The notes below the pieces were generated by a model. That model saw only the letters and a list, made by a program, of their open reading frames with translations. It did no database searches and had not been told where the DNA came from. A DNA stretch of 64,000 nt from Candidatus Multivorans sp. (lineage in GTDB: Bacteria; Acidobacteriota; Thermoanaerobaculia; Multivoradales; Multivoraceae): contig OZ245033.1 in the NCBI GenBank assembly GCA_965224025.1, forward strand, positions 2,208,001 to 2,272,000, given 5' to 3'. The position numbers were made by a program, and so were the translations under genes. Positions 44,081-54,028 of this stretch are shown in pieces. Every line of letters starts with the position of its first letter. Positions within the stretch are counted from its first letter, which is position 1.

Positions 44081-46177
44081 CTAGTCCTCTTCCTCCGCCC
44101 GCTTCGCTTCGGCGATAATCTTCTCCTGGATCTGGCGGGGGACTTCCTCGTAGTGGGAGACGTTCATCGTGAAGCTGGAGCGGCCCTGGGTCATTGAGCG
44201 CAGGGCGGGGGCGTAGGTCAGCATCTCGGCCATGGGGACGGTGGCCTTGACGATCTGGGCGTTGCCCTTGGCTTCCATGCCCTGGGGGCGGCCGCGGCGG
44301 GACGACAGGTCGCTCATGATGTCGCCCATGAAGTCTTCGGTGGTGTTGATGTCGACCTGCATCACCGGTTCGAGCAGGGTGGGGGCGGCCTTCGCCATGG
44401 CGTCCTTGAAGGCCAGGGAGCCGGCGACCTTGAAGGCTATCTCGGACGAGTCGACGTCGTGGTACTTGCCGTCCTGGAGGCGGACCCGGAAGTTGCCGAC
44501 CGGGTAGCCGGCCAGGTAGCCGCGTGCGGCTGCCTCGAGCAGGCCCTTCTCGACCGCCGGGCGGTAGTTCTGGGGGATCGAACCGCCGAAGATCTCGTCG
44601 ACGAATTCGTAGTCCTCCGGGGTCGGGACGGGCTCCATCGTGATCGTGCAGTCGGCGAACTGGCCGCGGCCGCCGCTCTGCTTCTTGTGCCGGCCGTGGC
44701 CGACCGCGGGCCTCCTGATCGCTTCGCGGTAGGGCACCTTCGGCGGGTGCAGGATGACCTCGACCTTGGACCGGGCCTTCAGCTTGGACACCGCGATCTC
44801 GACGTGGAGTTGGCCGGCGCCCGAGAGCAGGAACTCTCCCGTCTGCGGGTCGCGCCCGGCCCGCAGGCTCGGATCCTCCTCGACCAGCCTTAGCACCGCT
44901 TCGCCGATCTTCTCTTCGTCGCCTTTCGTCTTCGGCTCGATCGCGAACGAGATCGCGGCGACCGGGGGGGTGGGGAATCCGAGGCGAAGCGGCCGTTCGC
45001 GGCTCGTGATCGAGTCGCCGGTGACGCTGCTCTTGAGCTTCGCCACGCCGCCGATGTCGCCCTCGAGGAGTTGGGGCACGTTCTGGCCGGTCTTGCCCTG
45101 CAGGTGCATCAGGTGGCCGACGCGTTCCGCCTCCTCGCGCCGTGAATTCCAGTAGCCGGTGTCGGAGGTCATGCGGCCCGCGGCTACGCGGAGCAGGGAG
45201 ATGCGGCCGGTGAAGGGGTCGTTCATGGTCTTGAAGACGATCGCGCTGACCGGCGCGCCGTCGCCGCGCTCGAGTTCCACGGGTTCTCCGCCGAGATCTG
45301 CGGCCGGCATCGGCGGCGCGCACGTCGGCGACGGCAACAGCTTGACCACCGCGTCGAGCAGAGCCGAGTTGCCGATCCCGTGTCCGGCGGACGACATGGT
45401 GACCGGGAACAGCGCCCGGTTCCTGATCGCGTTCTTGAGCCCCTCGACCAACTGGTCTTGATCGAGGTCGCCCTGGTCGAAATAGGCCTCCATCAGATCG
45501 TCGTCGCTCTCGGCGACGGCTTCCGTGAGTTTTGCCCGCCACTCTTCGATCTGGTCCGCCAACTCTGCCGGCGGCTCGGACCCCTGGCTGCGGCCATTCC
45601 CATTGTGGTCGTAGAGATAGGCGTTGCCGCTCAGCAGGTCGACGACGCCGGTGAAGTCCTTGCCGTCGCCGATCGGGATCTGCACCGGCAGCGCCATGCG
45701 GTCGAAGTTCTGCTGCAGTTCGGCGATGCAACCCTCGAAGTCGATGTTGTCGCGGTCCATCTTGGTCAGGTGCAGCATCGCCGGCTGCTCCAGCCCCGCG
45801 GCGACTTCCCAAGCCTTCTCGGCCATGACCTGGGTCGGCGATGCGGCGTTCAGGCACAGCAGGGCGGCGTCGGCCGCCCGCATGCCCGAACTGGTCTCGT
45901 GAACGAAGATCCCGGAGCCGGGACAGTCGATCAGGTTGACCTTGTGCTCGCCGGCGCCGTCGGACCAGGGCGTGTAGCAGACGGCGAGGCCGATGGAGAT
46001 GCCGCGGCGGATCTCCTCGTTGTCGAAGTCGGTGACGGTGTTGCCGTCCTCGACCCGGTTCTGCCGGTTGAAGACGCCGCCGGTGTAGAGCAGGCCGGCG
46101 ATCAGAGTCGTCTTGCCGATGTCGTTGTGTCCGACGACGGCGAGGTTGCGTATCTTGTCCGAACTTTCGAGTTGCAT
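44081..46177 (-). CDS. Elongation factor G paralog (EF-G2 / EF-G-like)
   Basis: GHNDIGKTT, RGISI, DCPG, TKMD, KKQSGGRGQF, YHDVDSSE, LRSMTQGR. Confidence 0.93.
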   Translation of the reverse strand: MQLESSDKIRNLAVVGHNDIGKTTLIAGLLYTGGVFNRQNRVEDGNTVTDFDNEEIRRGISIGLAVCYTPWSDGAGEHKVNLIDCPGSGIFVHETSSGMRAADAALLCLNAASPTQVMAEKAWEVAAGLEQPAMLHLTKMDRDNIDFEGCIAELQQNFDRMALPVQIPIGDGKDFTGVVDLLSGNAYLYDHNGNGRSQGSEPPAELADQIEEWRAKLTEAVAESDDDLMEAYFDQGDLDQDQLVEGLKNAIRNRALFPVTMSSAGHGIGNSALLDAVVKLLPSPTCAPPMPAADLGGEPVELERGDGAPVSAIVFKTMNDPFTGRISLLRVAAGRMTSDTGYWNSRREEAERVGHLMHLQGKTGQNVPQLLEGDIGGVAKLKSSVTGDSITSRERPLRLGFPTPPVAAISFAIEPKTKGDEEKIGEAVLRLVEEDPSLRAGRDPQTGEFLLSGAGQLHVEIAVSKLKARSKVEVILHPPKVPYREAIRRPAVGHGRHKKQSGGRGQFADCTITMEPVPTPEDYEFVDEIFGGSIPQNYRPAVEKGLLEAAARGYLAGYPVGNFRVRLQDGKYHDVDSSEIAFKVAGSLAFKDAMAKAAPTLLEPVMQVDINTTEDFMGDIMSDLSSRRGRPQGMEAKGNAQIVKATVPMAEMLTYAPALRSMTQGRSSFTMNVSHYEEVPRQIQEKIIAEAKRAEEED

Positions 46178-46230
46178 CGAGCCGGAGAAGATACCACGCG
46201 GCCGGCCCTTGACAGCGGCCGCATTGGCGC

Positions 46231-47631
46231 TCACCCGGCCGGTTGCACCGCGATCGTTCCCAGGCTCTCGAGTTGCGGCGCGAGTTCGGATGCCGGCCCG
46301 ACCGCGGTCACGGTGAGCCGGTCGGGGAATAGATGGCGTTGGCAGACCTCGTGGACATCTTGGCGGGTCGTGGCGCGGATCCGCTCGGGCCAGCGTTCGT
46401 ACTCGTCGCGGTCCAGGCCGAAGGTGGCGAGCGCCTGCAGCCGGGAGGCGAGATTCTGGATCGTCTGCAGGGTGTACGGGAAGACGCCGACCAGGTAGTT
46501 GCGGGCGTCGTCGAGTTCCGTCTCGCTCGGCGGCTCATGGCAGAGACGCTCGAGTTCGCCGACGATCTCCCGGCAGGCGGCGCCGGTCACTTCGTTGGCC
46601 ACCGCCAAGGACACCACGAACGGACCCGGTCCACGGCGGGAGCTGAAGTTGCTGGAGACTCCGTACGTGTAGCCGTGCCGCTCCCTCAGGCTGAGGTTCA
46701 GGCGGCTGATGAACTTGCCGCCGAGGATCGAGTTCGCGACCTGTACCTTGATGCGGTCGGGATGCCGGCGCGGTATCCCGACATGGCCGACCCGCAACTG
46801 GGTCTGCGCCGCGTCGGGGCGGTCCACGATCACGACCCGGCGGGTCGGTGTCGTCGCATCTTCCGGTTCGAGGCCGGCCGGTTCGAGGCCGGCCGGTTCG
46901 CCGTCGAACTCCCCGCGGTGGGATCGGAGATCGCGTTCGATCTTCTCCTCGATCGTCTGCCGTACCCGGCCGGGTCCCAAGTCGCCCACCGCGATGAGGT
47001 GGCAGGAGCGCGCGGCGAGGGCCGCTTGATGGAAGGCGGCGATGTCGCTCCGGGTGATCGCCTGGGCGGTATCGCGATCGCCGATTGAGGGATTGCCGTA
47101 GGGGGTCCCGTCGTAGACGGCGCGCGCGAAGGCTGCTCCGGCCAGACTGGAAGGATCGCTGCGCCGCCGGTCGATCTCGGCCAAGCGCCGCCGGCGGGCG
47201 CGTTCGATCTCCTCCGCCCTGAAGGCCGGTTCCAACGCGGCTTCGGCGACCAGTTCCAGGCCGGCGGCGACGTCCTCCGAGCGCATCGTGGCGCCGATCC
47301 CCGCGATCTCCCAGGAGCAGGAGGACGAGATGCCGGTCCCCAGGTCTTCGGCCGCGGCCGCGAACTCGAGCGCCGTGCGCTGCTTTGTGCCCTTGCCGCG
47401 CAGTCCCGCCGTGAACGAGGCGAGTCCCGCCAGTTGCGGCGGATCGAGTTCGCTGCCGCCCGGCATGAGCAGGGTGACGGTGACGAGATTGCGGTCCGGG
47501 ACATCGAGAGTCCACAGACGGACGCCGGACATGAGGCGCTCGTGCCCGAACTGGGGGAAGGCGCAGGGCCGGCTCGCCGCCGGGACTGGAGGCTGGCCGC
47601 GGTCGAGAGCCGGGGAAGTTGCAGTCTTCAC
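46231..47631 (-). CDS. M16B peptidase, non-catalytic subunit
   Basis: No HxxEH; ILGG.F.SRLNLSLRERHGYTYG; GTGA-coupled to upstream M16. Confidence 0.85.
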   Translation of the reverse strand: MKTATSPALDRGQPPVPAASRPCAFPQFGHERLMSGVRLWTLDVPDRNLVTVTLLMPGGSELDPPQLAGLASFTAGLRGKGTKQRTALEFAAAAEDLGTGISSSCSWEIAGIGATMRSEDVAAGLELVAEAALEPAFRAEEIERARRRRLAEIDRRRSDPSSLAGAAFARAVYDGTPYGNPSIGDRDTAQAITRSDIAAFHQAALAARSCHLIAVGDLGPGRVRQTIEEKIERDLRSHRGEFDGEPAGLEPAGLEPEDATTPTRRVVIVDRPDAAQTQLRVGHVGIPRRHPDRIKVQVANSILGGKFISRLNLSLRERHGYTYGVSSNFSSRRGPGPFVVSLAVANEVTGAACREIVGELERLCHEPPSETELDDARNYLVGVFPYTLQTIQNLASRLQALATFGLDRDEYERWPERIRATTRQDVHEVCQRHLFPDRLTVTAVGPASELAPQLESLGTIAVQPAG

Positions 47632-48950
47632 GGTTTGGGCACCACGACGACGGCCGCACGGCGCTCCGGACCGAGAGCGCGCTCGGCCAAGCCGCGGATC
47701 TGCTCGGAATCTACACGGAGCAGTCGATCCGGTTCGGTCCAGGCGCCGGCGGGGTCGCCCAGGTAGGTCGCCGCGGCGGACAGCCGGTCGGCGCATAGAG
47801 ACAGGTCCTGCTCACTGTCGCGATAGTCGAGCAGCAGAATTCGCCGCGCCCGTTCGAGTTCGGACTCGGTCGGACCCTTCGCGCGGATCGCTTCGATGTG
47901 TTCGAGGACTGCCTCCTCGACGGCCTCGGCGTTTCCGAGCGCGTCCGGCTCGCGGCTCTGGCAGGTGGCGACGACGGCGAACATCGCGCAGATCTCCGTG
48001 GGCAGGATCATCGCGGACACGGACTGCGCGATCTGGCGCTCGTAGACGAGGTCGCGGTGGAGCCGGCTCATCATGCCGGAGGAGAGAGTCGTCGCCAGCA
48101 TCGCGCCGGCGTACCAGTCGTCGCTGCCGTATCCGTCCAGGCAGTAGGCGGAGTAGGAGCGGGGCAACTCGATCGTGTCCTGGAGCACTTCCCGCGCCGT
48201 GCCGCGGGGACCGATCTCGGCTACGGGGTCGACCTGCGGCGCCTGCGGCAGCGGTCCGGCCGCGATGTCTTCGAAGTAGCGCCTGACCTGATCGAGGGCG
48301 CGGGCGCTGTCGATGTCGCCGGCCAGAGTGAGGACCGCGTTGTTTGGCCGGTACCAGGTGCGGAAGAAGTCTCGGACCCCGTCGAGGGTCGCCGCTTCCA
48401 GGTCGTCCATGTAGCCGATCACCGGCCAGGCGTAGGGGTGGCTGCTGCCGTCGCGCTGGCGGTACAGCAGTTCGCTGAGGCGTTCGCTGGCCAGACCGTA
48501 GGGCTGGTTGTCGACGCGCTGCAGCCGCTCGTTCATGACCACCGAGAGCTGGTTCTCGAACTTCTCCTGGGTCAGGGCCTCGAGCAGGAAACCGAGACGG
48601 TCGGACTCCAGCCAGAGGCCGAGTTCGAGATGGTTCGAGGGCAGGGTCTCGTAGTAGTTCGTGCGGTCGTACCAGGTCGAGCCGTTGGCGACGCCGCCGA
48701 CGCTCTGGATGTGCTCGAAGTGCCCGTTCTCGGACACGTGCGCGGAGCCCTGGAACAGCATGTGTTCGAACAGGTGGGCCAGTCCGGTGCGTCCGGTCTG
48801 CTCGTTCTTGGAGCCGACGTGGTACCAGATGTTCACGGCCGCCAGGGGCAGACGCCGGTCTTCGTGGAGCACGACGCGCAGGCCGTTGGCGAGTTCGTGC
48901 TGTTCCAGGTGCTGTCGTGGCATGTGGGGTGTGGTCTGAAGCCGGTTCAT
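47628..48950 (-). CDS. M16B (pitrilysin-family) zinc peptidase, catalytic subunit
   Basis: VGSKNE..GRTGLAHLFEHMLFQGS, NGSTWYDRTNYYE, YRPNNAVL. Confidence 0.93.
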   Translation of the reverse strand: MNRLQTTPHMPRQHLEQHELANGLRVVLHEDRRLPLAAVNIWYHVGSKNEQTGRTGLAHLFEHMLFQGSAHVSENGHFEHIQSVGGVANGSTWYDRTNYYETLPSNHLELGLWLESDRLGFLLEALTQEKFENQLSVVMNERLQRVDNQPYGLASERLSELLYRQRDGSSHPYAWPVIGYMDDLEAATLDGVRDFFRTWYRPNNAVLTLAGDIDSARALDQVRRYFEDIAAGPLPQAPQVDPVAEIGPRGTAREVLQDTIELPRSYSAYCLDGYGSDDWYAGAMLATTLSSGMMSRLHRDLVYERQIAQSVSAMILPTEICAMFAVVATCQSREPDALGNAEAVEEAVLEHIEAIRAKGPTESELERARRILLLDYRDSEQDLSLCADRLSAAATYLGDPAGAWTEPDRLLRVDSEQIRGLAERALGPERRAAVVVVPKP

Positions 48951-49101
48951 CGGCGCGTGCTCCAAGGCAGGTGCGAGGCGTGGTCGGGTAGTGTATGCGG
49001 CAAAGGCTGAGTACGCTGGCCTCTGGCCGGCTTCTGCGAGGAGACGCGCCGCGAAGCGGCGACCGTACTGTCCGCGCCGGCTCCCAGCCGGGGCGCGGAA
49101 T

Positions 49102-49130
49102 TTGTTTTACGCTCGGTTTCCGTCTAGTAT
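49102..49130 (+). promoter_or_regulatory. Candidate lexA promoter (near-leaderless)
   Basis: TTGTTT-N17-TAGTAT ending 9 nt before ATG; no SD. Confidence 0.45.
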
Positions 49131-49139
49131 CGCTGGTCC

Positions 49140-49763
49140 ATGGACGACTTCCTGACCGAGCGGCAGAAGCAGATTCTCGACTTCGTGTGCGAGTTCGTTG
49201 CGGTGCGCGGCGTTGCGCCCACCCACCTCGAGATCCGGCGCCGATTCGGCTACCGCTCCTACGGCACCGTCCACAAGCACCTGAAGCTGTTGCGGCAGAA
49301 GGGCTACCTGCGGGGCGGCTGGAATCAGAAGCGCGGCCTCGAGTTGACCGAGAAGACGCTCCGGTCGCGCCGTCCGGCGTCGAATGCCGTGCCCTTCCAC
49401 GGCCGGATCGCGGCCGGCCAGCCGATCGAGGCGGTGGCCGGCGTCGACGACCTGTCGGTGCCGGAGCACCTGCTGGAGCGTGGCGCCGCCGGCCGCCACT
49501 ACGTGCTCCAGGTGGAAGGCGACTCGATGGTCGACGACGGCATCTGCGACGGCGACCTGGTGGTCATAGCCCAGCGGGAAGAGGCCCACTCGGGTGAGAT
49601 GATCGTGGCCCTGGTCGGCGACGAGGCGACTCTCAAGCGGTACTACCCGGAGGGCGACACGGTTCGCCTCCAGCCGGCGAACCGGGAGATGGGGCCCATC
49701 CACGTGCCCGCCGACCAGCTCAGCATCCAGGGCAAGGTGGTCGGCCTTATGCGTCGCTACTGA
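49140..49763 (+). CDS. lexA: SOS repressor LexA
   Basis: LTERQKQIL wHTH, AG cleavage site GRIAAGQP, VEGDSM (Ser), EATLKR (Lys). Confidence 0.95.
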   Translation: MDDFLTERQKQILDFVCEFVAVRGVAPTHLEIRRRFGYRSYGTVHKHLKLLRQKGYLRGGWNQKRGLELTEKTLRSRRPASNAVPFHGRIAAGQPIEAVAGVDDLSVPEHLLERGAAGRHYVLQVEGDSMVDDGICDGDLVVIAQREEAHSGEMIVALVGDEATLKRYYPEGDTVRLQPANREMGPIHVPADQLSIQGKVVGLMRRY

Positions 49764-49820
49764 GGGGCGCGCAAGCGTAAGCACCCAGGACGTCGTGGTC
49801 GGCCTTATGCGTCGCTACTG
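49737..49820 (+). repeat. 26-bp direct repeat of the lexA 3' end
   Basis: GTGGTCGGCCTTATGCGTCGCTACTG at 49737-49762 and 49795-49820, 32-bp spacer. Confidence 0.9.
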
Positions 49821-49849
49821 GGCGCCGCGCAGGCGTCGGCGCGCGCGCA

Positions 49850-51619
49850 TCAACTGCCGCCGGCGGTGACGGTGCGGTCGGCGCCGCCCTGGGGGACGCC
49901 GTAGTACGACAGGATGCCGTCGACGATGGCCTCGGCGACCTGCTGGCGGTAGGCGCGAGTCTTCATCAGCCGGCGGTCCTGCTCGTTGCCCAGGTTGCAG
50001 ACCTCGAGCAGGATTTTGGCCGGTACCCGGTTGAAGCGGATCTGTGCCGGCACGTAAACCCTCCACTGGCGGACGATCCGATCCCGGACGGGTCCGTTGT
50101 GATGAACCGCCAGGTCGGAGTTCCGGAAGCTGGCCAGCATGTGCTGGGCCAGGTCGCGCGACAATCCCCTGCTGGTGATGCGTTCGCTGCGCGTGAAAGA
50201 CACCCGCGGTTCTGCCCGGACTTCCCGGCGTGAAGAGTAGGGCGAGCCGCTCTTGCCGTAGTTGTTGGTGATGCCGACCAATCCCGGTATGTAGACCATG
50301 GCCCCCCGCAGGGAGTGGTGTAGCGAGTCGGCGTGAATGGAGATGAAGATCACCTGGCCGGGCTCGACGCCGGCCTTCCGCCGTTGCTGGTAGACCCAGT
50401 TTGCGAGGTACCAGCGAAAGTTCGTCGCCGCGGCGGCGTTGTCGATCCGGTAGGGCGGATTCGTGAGCACGGTGTGGCCCCGGGACTTCGGCAGCACGTC
50501 TCTGTCGGCGATCCGGAACGTCGAACCCTCGCGGGTCGTCGGCAAGACGGCGGCGGCGGTGCGGCTCTCCAGCACTCTCTTGGTCCGCAGCATGATGTCG
50601 TAGACGTAGTTGCTCTCCCAGAGGCCGCCGACCGGCGCGCCGATGTCACGGCCGCCGTGGCCGGCGTCGAGCACCACGGTCACCCCGTCGAGGTCGAGCG
50701 CCAGCACTTCGTTCTCGATCTGCTCTCCGGCGGCGCGTTGCGCCTCCCACTCCACGCGGCGCGGATGGTCCGGGGGCAGGTAGCGCGCCGAAAGCAGGTC
50801 GACCGGGATCTTGACTTCATATCCGACCGGCAGATCCCTGACGTTGCCGATCTCGTTGCGCTGCTCGATCTCCCGCACCAGCTCGTTCACGTCCGGGGCG
50901 TGCAGACGGCCGGTGAACCGCATGACGACACTCGAGTAGAGAGCCTCGCCCGCCTTCAGGCGGTAGCTCGCGTACTCACCCTTGTCGTCCGACCCGTAGC
51001 GGACGAAGGGCGTCGCCTCGGTACTGGAGCTGATGGCCGCCGTTCGGGGCGCGGGCAACATGCCGGCGAAGGGTTCGCCGAGGACGCGGCGCGGGACGAG
51101 GATCAACTGGCCCGGTCGGATGACGTTGCTGGTCAGATTGTTCGCCTGCCGCAGAAGCCGGTGGTTCTCGCCAGCGCCGGTGAACCACTCCGCGATGGTC
51201 CACAGGCTTTCTGCATCCCGGCCGCGCGAGGAAGACGAGACCCTGTGTTTCCAGCCGTCGGCGGTCGCCTGGTCCTTCGGCAGCAGGGCGAGGATCGCCG
51301 CCTGCTGACTTCCCTTGGGGAGCAGATCGAAGGGAACCCTGTAGCGGACGCCGCGCTTGAGGCGCCGTACGCCGCCGTTGGCCCGGCTGAGGGCGGAGGA
51401 GTGCCTCGAGTTGCCGCAGAGCCGCTTCGCGAAGGCGAGCAGGCCTTCGTTCGCGCGCGGCTTCGCCTCGATGTGGATCTTGCCGTGCCCGGTCATCACG
51501 GCGACCGGTGTCGGCGATCCGATCTCGGGCACGGCGGCGCGCTTCGTCGCCGCGGCAGCCACGGCGGGTAGCAGAATGGCAAAAGCCGCGGCATAGACAG
51601 CGGCGGTGCGGGTCCTCAT
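49850..51619 (-). CDS. Secreted N-acetylmuramoyl-L-alanine amidase (Amidase_3) with LysM-like N-terminal domains
   Basis: Signal peptide; ESLWTIA...IRPGQLILVP; VVLDAGHGG, ISIHAD, LLEVCN; ATGA-coupled to gatA. Confidence 0.85.
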   Translation of the reverse strand: MRTRTAAVYAAAFAILLPAVAAAATKRAAVPEIGSPTPVAVMTGHGKIHIEAKPRANEGLLAFAKRLCGNSRHSSALSRANGGVRRLKRGVRYRVPFDLLPKGSQQAAILALLPKDQATADGWKHRVSSSSRGRDAESLWTIAEWFTGAGENHRLLRQANNLTSNVIRPGQLILVPRRVLGEPFAGMLPAPRTAAISSSTEATPFVRYGSDDKGEYASYRLKAGEALYSSVVMRFTGRLHAPDVNELVREIEQRNEIGNVRDLPVGYEVKIPVDLLSARYLPPDHPRRVEWEAQRAAGEQIENEVLALDLDGVTVVLDAGHGGRDIGAPVGGLWESNYVYDIMLRTKRVLESRTAAAVLPTTREGSTFRIADRDVLPKSRGHTVLTNPPYRIDNAAAATNFRWYLANWVYQQRRKAGVEPGQVIFISIHADSLHHSLRGAMVYIPGLVGITNNYGKSGSPYSSRREVRAEPRVSFTRSERITSRGLSRDLAQHMLASFRNSDLAVHHNGPVRDRIVRQWRVYVPAQIRFNRVPAKILLEVCNLGNEQDRRLMKTRAYRQQVAEAIVDGILSYYGVPQGGADRTVTAGGS

Positions 51620-53076
51620 GGAATCGCCTCCGGGCTGCACTCGAAACCGATCGTGAGCTCGACGGCCCTTGCCGCCCGCAGAGCCATGGCGTCGGCGAGG
51701 GGCGGGGCGAGGATCTGAAGACCCAGGGGAAGGCCTCGCCTGTCCAGACCGCACGGTACCGAGACTCCGGGAATCCCGACCAGGCTGGGCGGCGTGGTGA
51801 AGACGTCGGACAGGTACATGGCCAGCGGATCGTCGACCCGCTCGCCGCGGGCGAAGGCGCCCGAGGGACAGGTTGGAGTCACCAGCAGGTCGACGGCTTC
51901 GAAGGCCTCCGCGAACTGCTGCCGCATCGCCCCGGCGATGCGCGCGGCGCGGCCGTAGTAGGCGTCGTAGTAGCCGGAGGAGAGCGCGAACGTACCCAGG
52001 ATGATGCGGCGCTTGACCTCGCTGCCGAAGCCCTCGCTCCGGCTGTCGGTGTACATCCTCTGGAGGGAACGGGCGCTGGCGGCCCGGTGTCCATAGCGGC
52101 TGCCGTCGAAGCGGGCCAGGTTCGCGCTGGCCTCGCTGTTGGCGAGTACGTAGTAGGTCGCCACCGCCGCGTCGATCAAGGGAATGCTCACCTCGGCCAG
52201 CCGGGCGCCGGCTGTCTCGAGTGCGTCGAGCGCCTGCTGATAGCCCTCCGCCGCGTCCTCGTCCAGTGCCGAGGTCCGGACTTCGCGGATCGTGCCGACC
52301 GTCAGGCCTTCGACGCCGTCTTCGATCGATTCGAGATAGTCCTCGACCGGCAGTTCGCTGCATGTGGAATCGCGGGGATCGCGGCCGGCAATGGCACCGA
52401 GAGCCAGCGCGGCGTCCCGCACGTTTCGGGTGAGCGGTCCGATCTGGTCGAGAGACGAGGCGAAGGCCACGAGGCCGTAGCGGGAAACGCGGCCGTAGGT
52501 TGGCTTGACGCCCACGACGCCGCAAAAGGCTGCCGGTTGCCGGATCGAACCCCCGGTATCGGAGCCCAGGGCGAGCGGCACTTCGGTCGCCGCGACCGCG
52601 GCTGCCGAACCGCCGCTCGAACCGCCGGGCGCCATGGCCAGGTTCCAGGGATTGCAGGTGACGGCCAGCCCCGAGTTCTCGCACGAAGAACCCATCGCGA
52701 ACTCGTCCATGTTCACCCGGCCGACCGGCACGGCGTCGGCCGCCAGCAGGCGCTCGACGGCTCCCGCCGTGTAGGGCGCGCGGTAGCTGGACAGAATCCG
52801 GGAGCCGCAGTTCAACTCGTGTCCGGCCAGCGACAGGTTGTCCTTGAGCGCCGTGGGCACGCCGGCCAGCGGGCCGAGGTTCTCGCCGGCGTCCCGGCGC
52901 CGGTCGATGGCGGCTGCCCGTTCGTCCGCCCCCTCCCGCCAGAGTTCGAGGAAGGCGCCCACCGACGCGTCGACCTCCTCGATGCGGGCGAACGCCTGCT
53001 CGACCGTCTCGGCGGCGGTGCGCTCGCCCGACCGGACGGCGGCTGCCAGCGCTTCGGCGGTCATGGCCGGCCTCAC
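51616..53076 (-). CDS. gatA: Asp/Glu-tRNA amidotransferase subunit A (alternative start 53064)
   Basis: KDN, NMDEFAMGSS, PGGSSGGSA, GSDTGGSIRQPA, SSGYYDAYY. Confidence 0.96.
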   Translation of the reverse strand: MRPAMTAEALAAAVRSGERTAAETVEQAFARIEEVDASVGAFLELWREGADERAAAIDRRRDAGENLGPLAGVPTALKDNLSLAGHELNCGSRILSSYRAPYTAGAVERLLAADAVPVGRVNMDEFAMGSSCENSGLAVTCNPWNLAMAPGGSSGGSAAAVAATEVPLALGSDTGGSIRQPAAFCGVVGVKPTYGRVSRYGLVAFASSLDQIGPLTRNVRDAALALGAIAGRDPRDSTCSELPVEDYLESIEDGVEGLTVGTIREVRTSALDEDAAEGYQQALDALETAGARLAEVSIPLIDAAVATYYVLANSEASANLARFDGSRYGHRAASARSLQRMYTDSRSEGFGSEVKRRIILGTFALSSGYYDAYYGRAARIAGAMRQQFAEAFEAVDLLVTPTCPSGAFARGERVDDPLAMYLSDVFTTPPSLVGIPGVSVPCGLDRRGLPLGLQILAPPLADAMALRAARAVELTIGFECSPEAIP

Positions 53077-53381
53077 TCGGCACCGCCGGGCGTCGCCTTG
53101 ACCTGTGGCACGAGCAGGAAGCGGTCGAGGGATGCCGGTGCGTTGTCCAGGAAATCGTCGAGGAGCGGACGGCTTGCCGCCGGCACGTCGTTGGCGGCGA
53201 CTTTGTCCCGTTCCGGCTCCGTGTCGCCGGGCCGCGGGGCGCCCGCGCCGAACGCGCGAAGCTGGTCGATGAAGCCTATGATCTCCGAGAGTTGGGACGC
53301 GAACGTCTCTTCTTCACCGGCCGAGAGCCGCAGCCTCGCCAGTTCGGCTATCCGCCGAACCTCCTCCACATCCAGAGACAC
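53073..53381 (-). CDS. gatC: Asp/Glu-tRNA amidotransferase subunit C
   Basis: EVRRIAELARL, NAP....FLLVPQV; coupled to gatA. Confidence 0.9.
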   Translation of the reverse strand: MSLDVEEVRRIAELARLRLSAGEEETFASQLSEIIGFIDQLRAFGAGAPRPGDTEPERDKVAANDVPAASRPLLDDFLDNAPASLDRFLLVPQVKATPGGAE

Positions 53382-53477
53382 TTCGCCATAAGTCTAGCAT
53401 TCCTCGCGTTTACGTGGCCGCCACAGCCTTGTGCCCAGGTGCTGTGCGACGAGCAGTGGTCGGAGAGGGGGAGAAAT

Positions 53478-53891
53478 TCAAGGCCGACATCGGCCTGTTG
53501 CCGAGGTCGACTCGTTCCTCGTAAGAGGCGGTCTGGGGAGGATCCTGGCGACACCGGAATCGATTCGGACGACCCTCTGGAAAGACGCCGCCATCTCCAC
53601 GAAGCAGAAGCCGTTGCCGCCGCCCCTGATCGTGATGACCAGTTCTTCGTTCGGCGGGTCGTCCTCCAGGATCAGTTGCACCACTTCCCGATCTGTCGAG
53701 TCGTACAGTTCGGCCTCGACCAGGGCGGACCGCATGTGCCTCAGATGCGCCCGCAACTGGTGAGTTCCCGCCTCCAGCCCCCGAACCTGAAATCGGCCGT
53801 TCTGGTCGGTGCCGACCGTCCTCCGACTCGGGAAGACGGTCACGCTGGCCAGGGGCGCGGGCTGCCCATCAGGGCCGATCACCGACCCCTC
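53478..53891 (-). pseudogene. 3' part of a carboxypeptidase-regulatory-like (beta-sandwich repeat) gene split by the element
   Basis: EGSVIGPDGQPAPLASVTV...TDQNGRFQVRGLEAG; joins in frame to 60483+ once the insert is removed. Confidence 0.75.
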
Positions 53892-54028
53892 CAACGAGAG
53901 TAGAGAAATTGGAGAAACCCGCAGAGATCTCGTGCGAGAAACGCTGCGCAAATCGGCGACCGAAGGGACGGCGTCAACAGGGTGTTGGCGGTAGCAACGG
54001 GAATTTCGCGGAATCTGGCGGGACGTTT

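Noticed and set aside
42135-45857. 1240-aa ORF
   Set aside because: Upstream 700 aa is an alternative frame of EF-G2 and the repeat; the MTase starts at 43763
49104-49120. LexA operator GTTTT-N7-GTTTC
   Set aside because: Spacing and sequence do not fit a box I can support; single instance
49737-49820. CRISPR array (26-bp repeat, 32-bp spacer)
   Set aside because: Only two copies, one is lexA coding sequence, no cas genes or leader
49850-53083. 1077-aa ORF
   Set aside because: N-terminal half is an off-frame overlap of gatA; the amidase starts at 51619
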